Source of the DNA: an uncultured Actinomycetes bacterium
GTDB taxonomy: Bacteria > Actinomycetota > UBA4738 > HRBIN12
Assembly: GCA_963778545.1 (NCBI GenBank)
Contig: CAVZUW010000012.1
Coordinates: 192,194-256,193 of the forward strand
Length of the DNA stretch: 64,000 nt
Direction: 5' to 3'
A program made the position numbers and the translations under genes. Below are positions 1 through 12,386 of the stretch, piece after piece (positions within the stretch are counted from its first letter, which is position 1; the number at the start of each line of letters is the position of its first letter). Below the pieces are notes generated by a model that was not told the DNA's origin, made no database searches, and saw only the letters and a program-made list of their open reading frames with translations.

Positions 1-3000
1 GGCGAGGACGCCCTGGTCGCGGCGCTCGCTCGGTCGCTCGGAGCGCCGGTCCTGCTCGTGGCCCCCGGGCCCCGTGAGGCCGAACGGCTCGCGCGCGGCG
101 CGCAGGCGTGGCTGGGGGAGGACGGAGCCGCGCTCCTGCCGTCGTGGGAGGCGTTGCCGTACGAGGGGATCAGCCCCTCGCCGGAGGTCTCGGCGCGCAG
201 GGCCGAGGCGGTGCGCCGGCTCCGGGCCGCCAAGGGCGCGTTCGTCCTGGTCGCTCCCGCGCTCGCCGCGATGCAGGGGCTCGTCCCCACCCTCGGCGAG
301 ATCCCGCCGGTCGAGCTGGTCAAGGGGATCGAGCTCGCGCCGGACGACCTCGCCGAGCGGCTGGTCGCGCTCGGGTACGCGCGCACGGACGTGGTCGAGC
401 ACCGCGGCGAGTTCGCGGTGCGCGGCGGGGTTCTGGACGTGTTCCCCGGGACCTCGCGGCGGCCGGTGCGGCTCGAGTACTGGGGCGACGAGATCGAGTC
501 GCTCCGCGAGTTCGTGCCGTCGTCGCAGCTGTCGACCGGTCCGCTCGTCCGCGTCGAGGTCGCGCCGGTGCGCGAGCTGGTCCCCGACGACGCGCTGGCC
601 GAACGCGCCCGGGCGCGCGCCCCCCGCCACCTCGACCGGTTCCGCGACGGGCTCGAGCGGCTCGCGGAGGGCCTGCATGCCGAGGGGTTCGAGTCCCTCG
701 CGCCGCTGCTGTTCGACCGGATGCCGGTGCCCGCCGAGCTGCTGCCGGAGGGCTCGTGGGTCGTGGTCTCGGAGGCCCGTCGCACGTTCGACCGGGCGCG
801 CCGGGCGTTCGACGACGCCGAGGCGCTCGCCGAGGCCTCCAACTGGCCCGGCCCTCGAGCCATCCACGATCTCGACGAGGCGCTCGAGGGCTCCGTCCAG
901 CTGCAGCTCAGCGGGTTCACCGAGGGCATCGACACGGGCCTGGAGGGATGGGGCTCGGCGCAGGGCAACCCCGCCGAGCTCGCCCGCCGAGCCTCGGAGC
1001 TCGCCGAGCGCGGGTACCGCGTGCTGCTGACGGCGCGGGGCCACGGGTCGCTCGAACGCGTCCGCGAGTTCGTCGCGCTGCCCGAGGCCGAGTCGATCGA
1101 GGCAGAGCTCCAGGCCGGCTTCGTCTTCCCCGCGGGCAAGCTCGCCGTCGCGACCGAGGAGGACCTGTTCGGTTCGCGCCGCCACACGCGCGACGCCCCG
1201 CGGTTCACGTCGCGTCGCAGCGACGCGATCGCGGAGGAGCTCGAGGTCGGCGACTTCGCGGTGCATCGCGTGCACGGCGTCGCGCGCTACGTCGGCGTGC
1301 AACGGCGCGAGATCGCCGGCTCCGAACGCGACTACATGGTGCTCGAGTACGCCTCGGGCGACCGGCTCTCGGTCCCGACCGATCAGGTCGGGATGGTCGC
1401 GAAGTACGTCGGCGGCGAGACGCCGCGGCTGTCGCGCCTGGGGACGAGCGACTGGGCGCGGACCACCGGCCGCGTCAAGCGCGCCGTCAAGGACATGGCC
1501 GGCGAGCTCGTGCGGCTGTACTCGGTGCGGATGTCGATCGAACGCCCGGCGTACGGCCCCGACACGCCGTGGCAGATGGAGCTCGAGGACGCGTTCCCGC
1601 ACGAGGAGACGGGGGACCAGGTCACGGCGATCGAGGAGGTCAAGGCCGACCTGTTGCGGCCGCGCCCGATGGACCGGTTGATCTGCGGCGACGTGGGGTT
1701 CGGCAAGACCGAGATCGCGGTGCGGGCCGCGTTCAAGGTGGTGATGGAGGGCAAGCAGGTGGCCGTGCTCGTGCCCACGACCCTGCTCGCCGAGCAGCAC
1801 CTGATCACGTTCGGGGAGCGCTACGCGCCGTTCCCGGTCAAGGTCGCGATGCTCTCGCGCTTCGTCTCAAAGCCGGAGCAGGAGCGGGTCGTCGAGGACC
1901 TGCGGCGCGGCGCGATCGACGTCGTGATCGGGACGCACCGCCTGCTCTCGGCCGACATCGGGTTCAAGGACCTGGGGCTGGTGGTCGTCGACGAGGAGCA
2001 GCGGTTCGGCGTGGCGCACAAGGAGCGGCTGAAGAAGCTGCGCGCGCAGGTCGACGTCCTCACGATGTCGGCGACGCCGATCCCGCGGACGCTCGAGATG
2101 GCGCTGGCCGGCATCCGCGACATGTCGACCGTCGACACGCCGCCGGAGGACCGACAGCCGGTCCTCACCTACGTCGGCCAGTACGACGAGGGCCTCGCTC
2201 TCGGCGCCGTTCGGCGCGAGCTGTTGCGCGAGGGGCAGGTCTTCTGGGTCCACAACCGCGTCGCGACGATCGAGCGTCAGGCCGCGTGGTTGCACGAACA
2301 GGTCCCCGACGCGCGGATCGTGGTGGCGCACGGGCAGATGGACGAGGACATGCTCGAACGGCGCATGATCCGGTTCTGGGATCGCGAGGCCGACATCCTG
2401 ATGTCGACCGTGATCATCGAGTCCGGTCTGGACGTCCCGAACGCCAACACGCTCGTCGTCGACGCCGCGAACCTGCTCGGCCTGTCGCAGATGTACCAGC
2501 TGCGCGGGCGCGTCGGGCGAAGTCACGAGCGGGCGTTCGCGTACTTCTTCTTCCCGCCGCAACGCGAGCTCACGGAGGAGGCGCACGAGCGGCTCACCAC
2601 GATCGCGCGGCACCAGGCGCTCGGCAGCGGGTTCCAGATCGCGCTCCGCGACCTGGAGATCCGCGGCGCCGGCAACGTCCTGGGCGCCGAACAGCACGGC
2701 CACATCGCGGCGGTCGGGTTCGACACGTACGCGCGGCTGCTCCAGGAGTCGGTGGCCGAGATGAAGGGCGAGCCGCTCGCCGAGGAGAAGGAGATCCGGA
2801 TCGACCTGCCGGTGCGGGCGTTCATCCCGCCGGGGTGGCTCGAGCAGGAGGCGTTGCGGCTCGACCTGTACCGGCGGATCTCCTCGGCCGGCGACCACGG
2901 GCTGCTCGAGCGCACCCGCACCGAAACCGTCGACCGCTACGGTCAGCTGCCTCCGGAGGTCGAGACGCTGTTCGCCGTCGCGTCGCTGCGGATCACGTGC

Positions 3001-3246
3001 GCGGCGCTCGGCGTGGGCGAGGTGTCGACGTACCGGCAGCAGGTCCGGATCAAGCCGCTCGAGCTCCCCGAGGCGCTCGAGCACGACCTGGCCGAGCGCG
3101 TCCCCGGGGCTCGCTACCTGCGCACGACCGCCACCCTGAACCTCGACCCCGGCCGCGTCCCCGGCTCGGAGCTCCCGGCGCTGGTGGAGCGTGGCCTGCT
3201 GCGGGCCATGGGTGAAACGGAGTCCGTTGTTACGATGAACCCGTGA
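1..3246 (+). CDS. mfd: transcription-repair coupling factor Mfd (5' end runs off the window)
   Basis: Frame is open from base 1. The translation shows a CarD/TRCF-like segment (FAVHRVHGVARYVG), SF2 helicase motifs (GDVGFGKTE, VVDEEQRFG, MSATPIPRT, QLRGRVGRS) and a TRCF C-terminal domain. Confidence 0.95.
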   Translation, partial: GEDALVAALARSLGAPVLLVAPGPREAERLARGAQAWLGEDGAALLPSWEALPYEGISPSPEVSARRAEAVRRLRAAKGAFVLVAPALAAMQGLVPTLGEIPPVELVKGIELAPDDLAERLVALGYARTDVVEHRGEFAVRGGVLDVFPGTSRRPVRLEYWGDEIESLREFVPSSQLSTGPLVRVEVAPVRELVPDDALAERARARAPRHLDRFRDGLERLAEGLHAEGFESLAPLLFDRMPVPAELLPEGSWVVVSEARRTFDRARRAFDDAEALAEASNWPGPRAIHDLDEALEGSVQLQLSGFTEGIDTGLEGWGSAQGNPAELARRASELAERGYRVLLTARGHGSLERVREFVALPEAESIEAELQAGFVFPAGKLAVATEEDLFGSRRHTRDAPRFTSRRSDAIAEELEVGDFAVHRVHGVARYVGVQRREIAGSERDYMVLEYASGDRLSVPTDQVGMVAKYVGGETPRLSRLGTSDWARTTGRVKRAVKDMAGELVRLYSVRMSIERPAYGPDTPWQMELEDAFPHEETGDQVTAIEEVKADLLRPRPMDRLICGDVGFGKTEIAVRAAFKVVMEGKQVAVLVPTTLLAEQHLITFGERYAPFPVKVAMLSRFVSKPEQERVVEDLRRGAIDVVIGTHRLLSADIGFKDLGLVVVDEEQRFGVAHKERLKKLRAQVDVLTMSATPIPRTLEMALAGIRDMSTVDTPPEDRQPVLTYVGQYDEGLALGAVRRELLREGQVFWVHNRVATIERQAAWLHEQVPDARIVVAHGQMDEDMLERRMIRFWDREADILMSTVIIESGLDVPNANTLVVDAANLLGLSQMYQLRGRVGRSHERAFAYFFFPPQRELTEEAHERLTTIARHQALGSGFQIALRDLEIRGAGNVLGAEQHGHIAAVGFDTYARLLQESVAEMKGEPLAEEKEIRIDLPVRAFIPPGWLEQEALRLDLYRRISSAGDHGLLERTRTETVDRYGQLPPEVETLFAVASLRITCAALGVGEVSTYRQQVRIKPLELPEALEHDLAERVPGARYLRTTATLNLDPGRVPGSELPALVERGLLRAMGETESVVTMNP

Positions 3247-4298
3247 TCCCCGTCCCGCGTCTCCTTCGCGTGCTCGCGACCCTGTGCGTCGTGGTGCTGT
3301 TCGCCGCCTGCGCGAACGATCCGTCGTCGGCGGCCACCGTCGGGGAGACCGGCGAGATCACGATCGATCAGCTCAACGCGGACGTCGCGCTCTTCGGTTT
3401 CCTGACCGCCCTGTCGGGCGCCCAGTGCGGCACGCCCGTCGGGAATGAGACCCAGGAGTCGGCGTGCGCGCGGTTCGCGCTCGCGAACGACATCCGCGAG
3501 GAGCTCGCGAAGGCCTACGCGAGCGAGAACGACGTGAAGGTCGACGCCGCCGCCGTGACGGACGCACTCACCCAGCTCGAAGACGGGTTGGGCGGAGCCG
3601 AGGCGTTGAAGACGCAACTGACCGACGCTGGCGTCACCCGCGCTCAGGTCGAGGCGTTCGCCGGACGGCTGCTCCTGGTGAACGAGGTTTCGAAGGCCGT
3701 GGCGAAGGACCGGGTGGACGAGGCGGCGCTCCGCGACGCCTACCAGGCGAACCTGGCGCAGCTGACGACCGTGGAGGTGGAGCACATCTTGGTGGCCGAC
3801 AAGGCGGACGCGGAACGGATCGCCGCCGAGGTCACGCCCGCGACGTTCGCCGAGACGGCCAAGAAGGAGTCGATCGATCCGGGTTCGGCTCCGCAGGGCG
3901 GCAGCCTCGGGGGGCCGACCTCCCTGGCCGAGTTCCAGACGCAGTTCGACCCGGACTTCGTGGCGGCCGCCCTGGCCCTGCAGCCGGGCGAGATCTCGGG
4001 GCCGGTCGAGACGCAGGCCGGCTGGCACGTGATCCGTCTCGTGCGGCGCGACGTCGCGCCGTTCGAGGACGTCCGGCCCCAGCTCGAGGCGAACCAGGGC
4101 ATGACGGCGTTCGACGACTGGTTCACCGAGCAGCTCGGGACGACCAGCGTCGAGGTGAACCCGCGGTTCGGACGCTTCGACCACGACACCGGCGAGGTGC
4201 TGCCGATCCGGAGCACCGCCCAGGAGCCGGCGGGCGGTTCGGGCGGTTCGGGGTCCACCGGCTCCACCGGGTCCACGGGCTCGAACGCCGGCTCGTGA
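3243..4298 (+). CDS. PpiC/parvulin-type peptidyl-prolyl isomerase lipoprotein (PrsA/SurA-like)
   Basis: Signal peptide ending in lipobox-like LFAAC. Rotamase core (VEVEHILVADKADAE ... GEISGPVETQAGWHVIRL). Overlaps the mfd stop by 4 nt. Confidence 0.8.
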   Translation: MIPVPRLLRVLATLCVVVLFAACANDPSSAATVGETGEITIDQLNADVALFGFLTALSGAQCGTPVGNETQESACARFALANDIREELAKAYASENDVKVDAAAVTDALTQLEDGLGGAEALKTQLTDAGVTRAQVEAFAGRLLLVNEVSKAVAKDRVDEAALRDAYQANLAQLTTVEVEHILVADKADAERIAAEVTPATFAETAKKESIDPGSAPQGGSLGGPTSLAEFQTQFDPDFVAAALALQPGEISGPVETQAGWHVIRLVRRDVAPFEDVRPQLEANQGMTAFDDWFTEQLGTTSVEVNPRFGRFDHDTGEVLPIRSTAQEPAGGSGGSGSTGSTGSTGSNAGS

Positions 4299-5107
4299 CC
4301 GAACGCGACGAACTCCTGTCCCACGTTCCCACCGGGCCGGTGCCCTCGTCGCAGGACGGCGCTCGCCTGTTGGATCTGGTGCGCGTGATGGCGCGCCTTC
4401 GGGCGCCCGACGGGTGTCCGTGGGACCGGGAGCAGACCCACGCGTCGCTCGCCCGGCACCTGCTCGAGGAGACGCACGAGGTCCTCGACGCGATCGACGC
4501 CGACGATCGCGAACGCCTGCGCGAGGAGCTCGGCGACGTCCTGCTGCAGGTCGCGTTCCACGCGCAGCTCGCCGCCGACGAGGGAGCGTGGGACGTCGAC
4601 GACGTCGCGCAGGGGATCGTCGAGAAGCTGATCCGCCGTCACCCCCACGTGTTCGGCGACGTCGAGGTCGCGGGCGCCGACGAGGTGCTCGTGAACTGGG
4701 AGCGGATCAAGGCGGAGGAGAAGGGCGAGAAGCCGCTCGAGGACGACATCCCTGCGACCCTGCCCGCGCTCGCGCGGGCGTCGAAGGTGCAGCGCCGGGC
4801 CGCGGGGTGGGGGTTCGAGTGGCGTTCGGCCGGTTCGGCGATCGAGGCGCTCAAGGAGGAGGTCGGCGAGCTCGAGTCGCACACGGACGCCGACAACGCC
4901 GAGGAGGAGATCGGCGACGTGCTGTTCGCGACGGTCGCGGTCGCGCGCAAGCTCGGCGTCGATCCCGAGAGCGCGCTCCGCCGCACGATCCGCGGGTTCG
5001 CCGAACGCTACGAGCGGTTCAACGAGCTGCTCGAGGAGCGCGGCCTGAAACTCGACGACCTGCCGGAAGAAGAGGTCCGCGCGCTGTTCCGCAGCGCGCG
5101 TTCGTGA
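4295..5107 (+). CDS. mazG: nucleoside triphosphate pyrophosphohydrolase MazG
   Basis: In-frame GTG at 4295 overlaps the upstream stop. Tandem MazG EXXE motifs (LLEETHEVLDAI, ELGDVLLQV, EEIGDVLFATV). Confidence 0.9.
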   Translation: MTERDELLSHVPTGPVPSSQDGARLLDLVRVMARLRAPDGCPWDREQTHASLARHLLEETHEVLDAIDADDRERLREELGDVLLQVAFHAQLAADEGAWDVDDVAQGIVEKLIRRHPHVFGDVEVAGADEVLVNWERIKAEEKGEKPLEDDIPATLPALARASKVQRRAAGWGFEWRSAGSAIEALKEEVGELESHTDADNAEEEIGDVLFATVAVARKLGVDPESALRRTIRGFAERYERFNELLEERGLKLDDLPEEEVRALFRSARS

Positions 5108-5111
5108 CGCG

Positions 5112-7112
<2,001 letters not shown>

Positions 7113-7137
7113 GCTTCGCCTCCGGAGGGGACCGAAC

Positions 7138-7485
7138 GTGAGCGCGACGACGACGCGGCGCCGGCCGGCACCGCGCCCGAGGCTCGAACGCGACCGGCCC
7201 CGGCTCACCGGCCGGGCGGCCGCGTTGCTCGTGGCCGTCGCGATCCTGGCCGTGATGGCGATCGTGCCGATCGGCCGCTACCTCGACCAGCGCTCCGCCA
7301 TCGCGGACATCGAGCGCCGGGCGGCGGAGCTCGAGTCCGAGAACGCCGACCTGCGCGCCGAGATCTCGCGCCTGCACGACCCGGCCGAGCTCGAGGAGCT
7401 CGCGCGCGCGTGCCTGGGGATGGTGAGGCCGGGCGAGGTCGCGTTCATCACGCCCGGTCGGACCGCCGCTCCCTCCGACTGCTGA
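7138..7485 (+). CDS. septum formation initiator FtsB/DivIC-like membrane protein
   Basis: Basic N-terminus, one TM helix ([14 protein letters not shown]), then a coiled coil ([25 protein letters not shown]). Sits after eno as Rv1024 does. Confidence 0.8.
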   Translation: MSATTTRRRPAPRPRLERDRPRLTGRAAALLVAVAILAVMAIVPIGRYLDQRSAIADIERRAAELESENADLRAEISRLHDPAELEELARACLGMVRPGEVAFITPGRTAAPSDC

Positions 7486-7612
7486 TCCGCCGCGACCGCG
7501 GGGGGAGCCTTGCCTGCCAACGGTGGTTTGGGCATATCCGGATCTGGGTAGTGGCGGTATTTCGGCTTCCAGTGGTCGCCCCAACCGGCGGTCCGAAAGG
7601 GGGGTGCGGGCC

Positions 7613-10331
7613 ATGGCAGCCATGTCACGGCTCTGCGACATCGATCACGTCAGGCCGGCCGTGGGATCGATCCAAGTGATCCGGCCGGGTCAGCCGCCCG
7701 AGACCCTCTACCTGTGCGAGGAGCACCTGGCCGAGCGCCGGCGGATGGGATCCGGCTTGGGCTCCGGCTTCGGTGGGCTGGGGATGTTCGACGACTTCTT
7801 CTCCCGCTTCTTCTCCGACTCGGCCGCTGGCGCCGGGGCCCAAGGCGGAGGTGGCGGCACCGGCTTTCAGCCTCGACGCGGCGTCGAACAGATCGATGTC
7901 ACCGAACGCTTCAGCGACGCGACGCGGGAGCTCCTCCAACGGGCCGCCCAGACGGCCGCGACGTGGGGGAGCCTCGATCTCGACACCGATCACCTCCTGA
8001 TCGGCGCGCTCGGCGACGACGTCGTCATGCAGGTGCTCGACCAGGCGGGGGCGGATCCCAAGTCGATCGCCGCGCAGATCGAGGACGAGGCGGAGAAGGG
8101 TCAGCCGCTGGACGTGGCCCCCTCCCTCGCACCGGACGCCAAGCGCGCGATCCTCGGGGCGTACGAGGAAGCGATGGAGCTCGGCGCCTCGTACATCGGC
8201 CCGGAACACGTCCTGCTGTCGCTCGCGCGGGACGAGGACGCCGAGGCTGGCCAGACCCTGCGGAAGTTCGGCCTCACGCACACGAAGCTCCGTGGGCTGG
8301 TGGTGCGCGGCGTCGATCGCGAGGGGCAGGCGAAGGAACGGAGCACCACGAAGACGATCGACGAGTACAGCCGCGACCTGACCGAGCTCGCTCGCGAGGG
8401 CAAGCTCGACCCGGTGATCGGACGGGCCGACGAGATCGAACAGACCGTCGAGATCCTCTCGCGGCGCACGAAGAACAACCCCGTGCTGATCGGCGATCCC
8501 GGCGTCGGCAAGACCGCGATCGTCGAGGGCATCGCACAGCGGATCGTGAACGACGAGGTTCCCGAGACCCTCGCCGGTCGGCGCCTGGTCGCGCTCGACC
8601 TGGCGGGGATGATCGCCGGCACGAAGTACCGAGGAGAGTTCGAGGACCGCCTGAAGGCCGTGATCGACGAGATCCGCGACAACAGCGACCAGATGATCGT
8701 CTTCATCGACGAGATGCACACCGTGGTCGGGGCCGGCGCGGCCGAAGGCGCGATGGACGCGTCGAACATGCTGAAGCCGGCGCTCGCGCGCGGCGAGCTC
8801 CACGTGATCGGTGCGACGACGATCGACGAGTACCGCAAGAACGTCGAGAAGGACCCCGCGCTCGAGCGCCGCTTCCAGCCCGTGCTGGTCCGAGAGCCGA
8901 CCGTGGACGAGACGATCATGGTGCTCCGGGGCCTGAAGGACCGGTACGAGGCCTTCCACCGGGTGCGGATCCCCGACGAGGCGATCGTCGCGGCGGCCGA
9001 GCTCTCCGACCGCTACATCGGCGACCGGTTCCTGCCGGACAAGGCGATCGACCTGATCGACCAGGCCTCGGCGCGCGTTCGCCTGCGCGCCAAGACCAAG
9101 CCGGTCGACACGAAGGCGATGGAGGAGGAGATCGGCCGCCTCGAGCGTGAACGCGATCAGGCGGTCGGTGCGGAGGACTACGCCAAGGCGAACGAACTGA
9201 AGACGACCCTGCAGGAGAAGCAGGACGCGCTGTCCGGGCAGAAGCACCCCCGCCAGCGGGCGCCGGAGGTCACCGTCGAGGACGTCGCGGAGGTGGTCTC
9301 GCGTGCCACCGGTATCCCCGTCTCGCAGCTCACGCAGGAGGAGCGCGACCGGCTCCTCAAGCTGGAGGAGCGGCTCCACGAGCGCGTGGTCGGTCAGGAC
9401 GAGGCCGTGGTAGCCGTCGCCGAGGCCGTTCGCCGTGGGCGGGCGGGGCTCGGGGACCCGAAGCGCCCCGTCGGGAGCTTCCTGTTCCTCGGGCCGACCG
9501 GCGTCGGGAAGACCGAGCTCGCGAGGACGCTCGCCGAGGTCCTGTTCGGCGACGACGACCTGATGATCCGGTTCGACATGAGCGAGTTCCAGGAGCGGCA
9601 CACCGTGAGCCGGCTCGTCGGGGCGCCGCCGGGGTACGTCGGCTACGAGGAGGCCGGGCAGCTGACCGAGGCCGTCCGGCGCAAGCCCTACTCGGTGGTG
9701 TTGCTCGACGAGATCGAGAAGGCGCACCCCGACGTGTTCAACCTGCTGCTGCAGATCCTGGACGACGGACGACTCACCGATGCCCAGGGCCGCACCGTGG
9801 ACTTCAAGAACACCGTCGTGATCATGACGAGCAACCTCGGCGCCGAACGGATCCAGGCGCACGCTCGCCGCAACGAGGAATTCGAGGAGCTGAAGGAGGA
9901 CCTGATGCAGCTCCTGCGGTCCCACTTCCGGCCGGAGTTCCTCAACCGGATCGACGAGATCATCGTGTTCCGGGCGCTCACCAAGGAGCAGGTCATCCAG
10001 ATCGCCGAGCTGCTCCTGGACCGGGTCCGGCGGCGTCTGCGCGCGCAGCGGATCGAGCTGACGTTCACGCCGGAGGCCGAGGCCTTCCTCGCCGATCGCG
10101 GCTACGACCCGGAGTTCGGCGCCCGCCCGCTGCAGAGGACGATCCAGCGGCTCGTGGAGAACCCGCTGTCCCGGATGCTGCTGGATGGCGCGATCGCCGA
10201 GGGCGACGCCGTCGACGGTCGGCGTGGTCGACGGCGGGCTCGACTTCGACGTGCGGAGGCCGGCCGAGTCGGACGCGAAGGGGAAGAAGACGAAGGACTC
10301 GGAGCGGGAGGAAGCCTCGGCGACGTCTTAG
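7613..10331 (+). CDS. ClpC/ClpB-family double-ring AAA+ unfoldase with an extra N-terminal zinc-ribbon-like module; C-terminus frame-disrupted near 10212
   Basis: ATG at 7613 behind GAAAGGGGGG. Clp_N repeats, Walker A twice ([16 protein letters not shown]), a short M-domain with a UVR-like stretch ([10 protein letters not shown]), and sensor/LNRIDE motifs. The canonical tail ([12 protein letters not shown]...) is only readable after a +1 shift, ending at TAG 10329-10331. Confidence 0.9.
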
Positions 10332-10461
10332 GCGTCCCCGACCCGCTCGCGGGCCCTCCTCGCGGTCGTATTGACGGCCCAAACGAGCCGATGGGACACT
10401 GGCGAACCGGCGATGCGCCGGAGAGGAACGACCAGCGGACGACGAACCGAACGGAGGAGTC

Positions 10462-10827
10462 CTGGCAGAAGATCTCGAAGTCGGCGCGGTCATCGACGGG
10501 ACCGTGAGCCGCATCACCCCGTACGGCGCCTTCCTGACCCTGGAGGGCGGGAAGATGGGACTCGTCCACATCTCCGAGATCGACAGGAACTACGTCAAGG
10601 ACGTCCACGAGCATCTCCGCGAGAACGACGTCGTCCAGGCGAAGGTCATCGCGATCAAGGAAGACGGCAAGATCGACCTCTCGATCAAGGCGCTGCAGGA
10701 CCCCGCGCCCACGCGTCAGCGCCGCGGCTCGGACCCGGACTTCGAGGCCCGCCTGAAGAAGTTCATGCGCCAGAGCGAGGAGCGCCAGGTGGACTTCAAG
10801 CGCTCCGTCGAGCACAAGCGCAAGTAG
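10462..10827 (+). CDS. S1 RNA-binding domain protein (YabR/GSP13-like); start codon uncertain
   Basis: S1 fold sequence [36 protein letters not shown]...[17 protein letters not shown]. The ORF track starts at GTG 10504, which would cut off the first beta-strands. In-frame upstream sequence is open back to 10375 but offers only CTG codons (10399, 10462). Confidence 0.75.
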   Translation: MAEDLEVGAVIDGTVSRITPYGAFLTLEGGKMGLVHISEIDRNYVKDVHEHLRENDVVQAKVIAIKEDGKIDLSIKALQDPAPTRQRRGSDPDFEARLKKFMRQSEERQVDFKRSVEHKRK

Positions 10828-10835
10828 CGCCCGCC

Positions 10836-12221
10836 TTGGGCGAGCTCCGCGGGAGCGACCTCCGGATCGTCGCCGAACAGCTCGGCCGCACGCCCACCGT
10901 CCCGTTCACCGTCGTCGCGCGTTGCCCGGGCGGGCATCCGCTGGTCATCCGCAACGCGCCTGTGGACGAGCACGGCGATCCGTTCCCCACGACGTTCTGG
11001 CTGACGTGCCCGGACGCGGTTCGCGCGGTCTCGCGGGTGGAGGCGGAGGGCTGGATCTCGAGGCTGAACGAGCGGTTCGACACCGAGCCGGAGTTCGCGG
11101 ATGCGGTCGCTCGCGCCCACGCCGAGTACGCGCGCGAGCGGGCACGCGACGATCCCGGCGCCGAGGAGCACGGCGGGGTCGGCGGGACCCGGCGAGGGCT
11201 GAAGTGCCTCCACGCGCACTACGCCCACCACCTCGCCGGCGGGGACGACGTGGTCGGCGCGTGGGTCGCGACGACGGTGGAGCCGATCCACGACGAGCGT
11301 CCGGGCCGCGTGGCCGCGGTGGACCAGGGGACGAACTCGACCCGCCTGCTCGTGGCCGAGCCGGAAGAGGGCGGCGGCTTCGAGGATCTCGCGCGCGACA
11401 TGGTCATCACCCGGCTCGGCCAGGGCGTCGACGAGACCGGCAGGCTCGCCCCCGACGCGCTCGAGCGCACGCTCGACGTGATCGCCCGGTACGTGCGGCG
11501 GGCGCGGGCGCTCCACGTCGAGCGGATCCGCGTCGGCGCGACGGCGGCCGTGCGGGACGCCTCGAACGCCGACGCGTTCGAACGCCCGGTGCGCGAGCTG
11601 GCCGGATCCGCGCCCGAGATCGTCAGCGGGGACGAGGAGGCGCGTCTCTCGTTCCTCGGCGCCACGCGGGGGCTGGACGCCCCGGCGCCCTTCCTGGTGC
11701 TCGACATCGGAGGCGGCTCGACCGAGTTCGTCCTGGGGTCCGAGCGTCCGACGGCCGCGATCTCGACGCAGATGGGGAGCGTCCGGCTGACCGAACGCTT
11801 CGTTCGCAGCGACCCGCCGGCGGCGGCCGACCTCGAGCGGATGCGAGCGGCCGTCGGTGACGTGCTGGACGACGTCGAGCGCGCGATCCCGGTCGCCGAG
11901 GCCCGAACGTTCGTCGCGGTGGCCGGGACGTCCACGACCGTCCAGGCGATCGCGCTCGGGCTCGGGTCCTACGATCCCGAACGGATCCACCGCAGCCGCC
12001 TGTCGCGCGCCGAGGCTGCGGACGTCGCCTCGCGGCTGGCCGCGATGACGACGGACGAACGGGCGGCCCTCCCCGTGATGGCTCCGGGCCGCGCCGACGT
12101 GATCGTCGCGGGCGCGGTGATCCTCGTCGAGGCGATGCAGCGGCTGGGGTTCGACGAGGCGTTGGTGTCCGAAACCGACATCCTCGACGGGCTCGTGCTG
12201 GGCATGCTCGAAGGCTCGTGA
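10836..12221 (+). CDS. ppx: DUF501 domain fused in frame to exopolyphosphatase/GppA (Ppx) domain
   Basis: TTG at 10836 follows the S1 stop. The N-terminal part matches DUF501 (VVARCPGGHPLVIRNAP...FPTTFWLTCP...GLKCLHAHYAHHLAGG). From about 11310 it is a Ppx/GppA ASKHA fold (AAVDQGTNSTRLLV, LDIGGGSTEF, FVAVAGTSTT). No stop codon lies between the two. Confidence 0.85.
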   Translation: MGELRGSDLRIVAEQLGRTPTVPFTVVARCPGGHPLVIRNAPVDEHGDPFPTTFWLTCPDAVRAVSRVEAEGWISRLNERFDTEPEFADAVARAHAEYARERARDDPGAEEHGGVGGTRRGLKCLHAHYAHHLAGGDDVVGAWVATTVEPIHDERPGRVAAVDQGTNSTRLLVAEPEEGGGFEDLARDMVITRLGQGVDETGRLAPDALERTLDVIARYVRRARALHVERIRVGATAAVRDASNADAFERPVRELAGSAPEIVSGDEEARLSFLGATRGLDAPAPFLVLDIGGGSTEFVLGSERPTAAISTQMGSVRLTERFVRSDPPAAADLERMRAAVGDVLDDVERAIPVAEARTFVAVAGTSTTVQAIALGLGSYDPERIHRSRLSRAEAADVASRLAAMTTDERAALPVMAPGRADVIVAGAVILVEAMQRLGFDEALVSETDILDGLVLGMLEGS

Positions 12222-12386
12222 CGCCGGTTCGGAGGGGGTGGAGCGATCTGGGGGGCTGGTCTCGTGCCTGGGAGGCTCCGAACTACCGACTTTCGACCCT
12301 GGCGGGGTGACCCCAGGTCGGCCTACGGTGGGAGCCGAAAACGCGTTCCTTCGCGCGACGCGTGCGCGCAGCAGGGAGGGGTCGGG

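Noticed and set aside
7625-9925. 766-aa ORF on the minus strand opposite the Clp ATPase. Similar long antisense or off-frame ORFs occur at 108-3215, 1867-3084, 3114-4184, 44358-46286, 48386-50719, 34988-37732, 60461-61588 and elsewhere.
   Set aside because: Their translations are Arg/Gly/Pro/Asp-rich low-complexity strings with no motifs, and they mirror clearly coding genes. Stop codons are rare in all frames at about 70% GC, so ORF length alone is not evidence.
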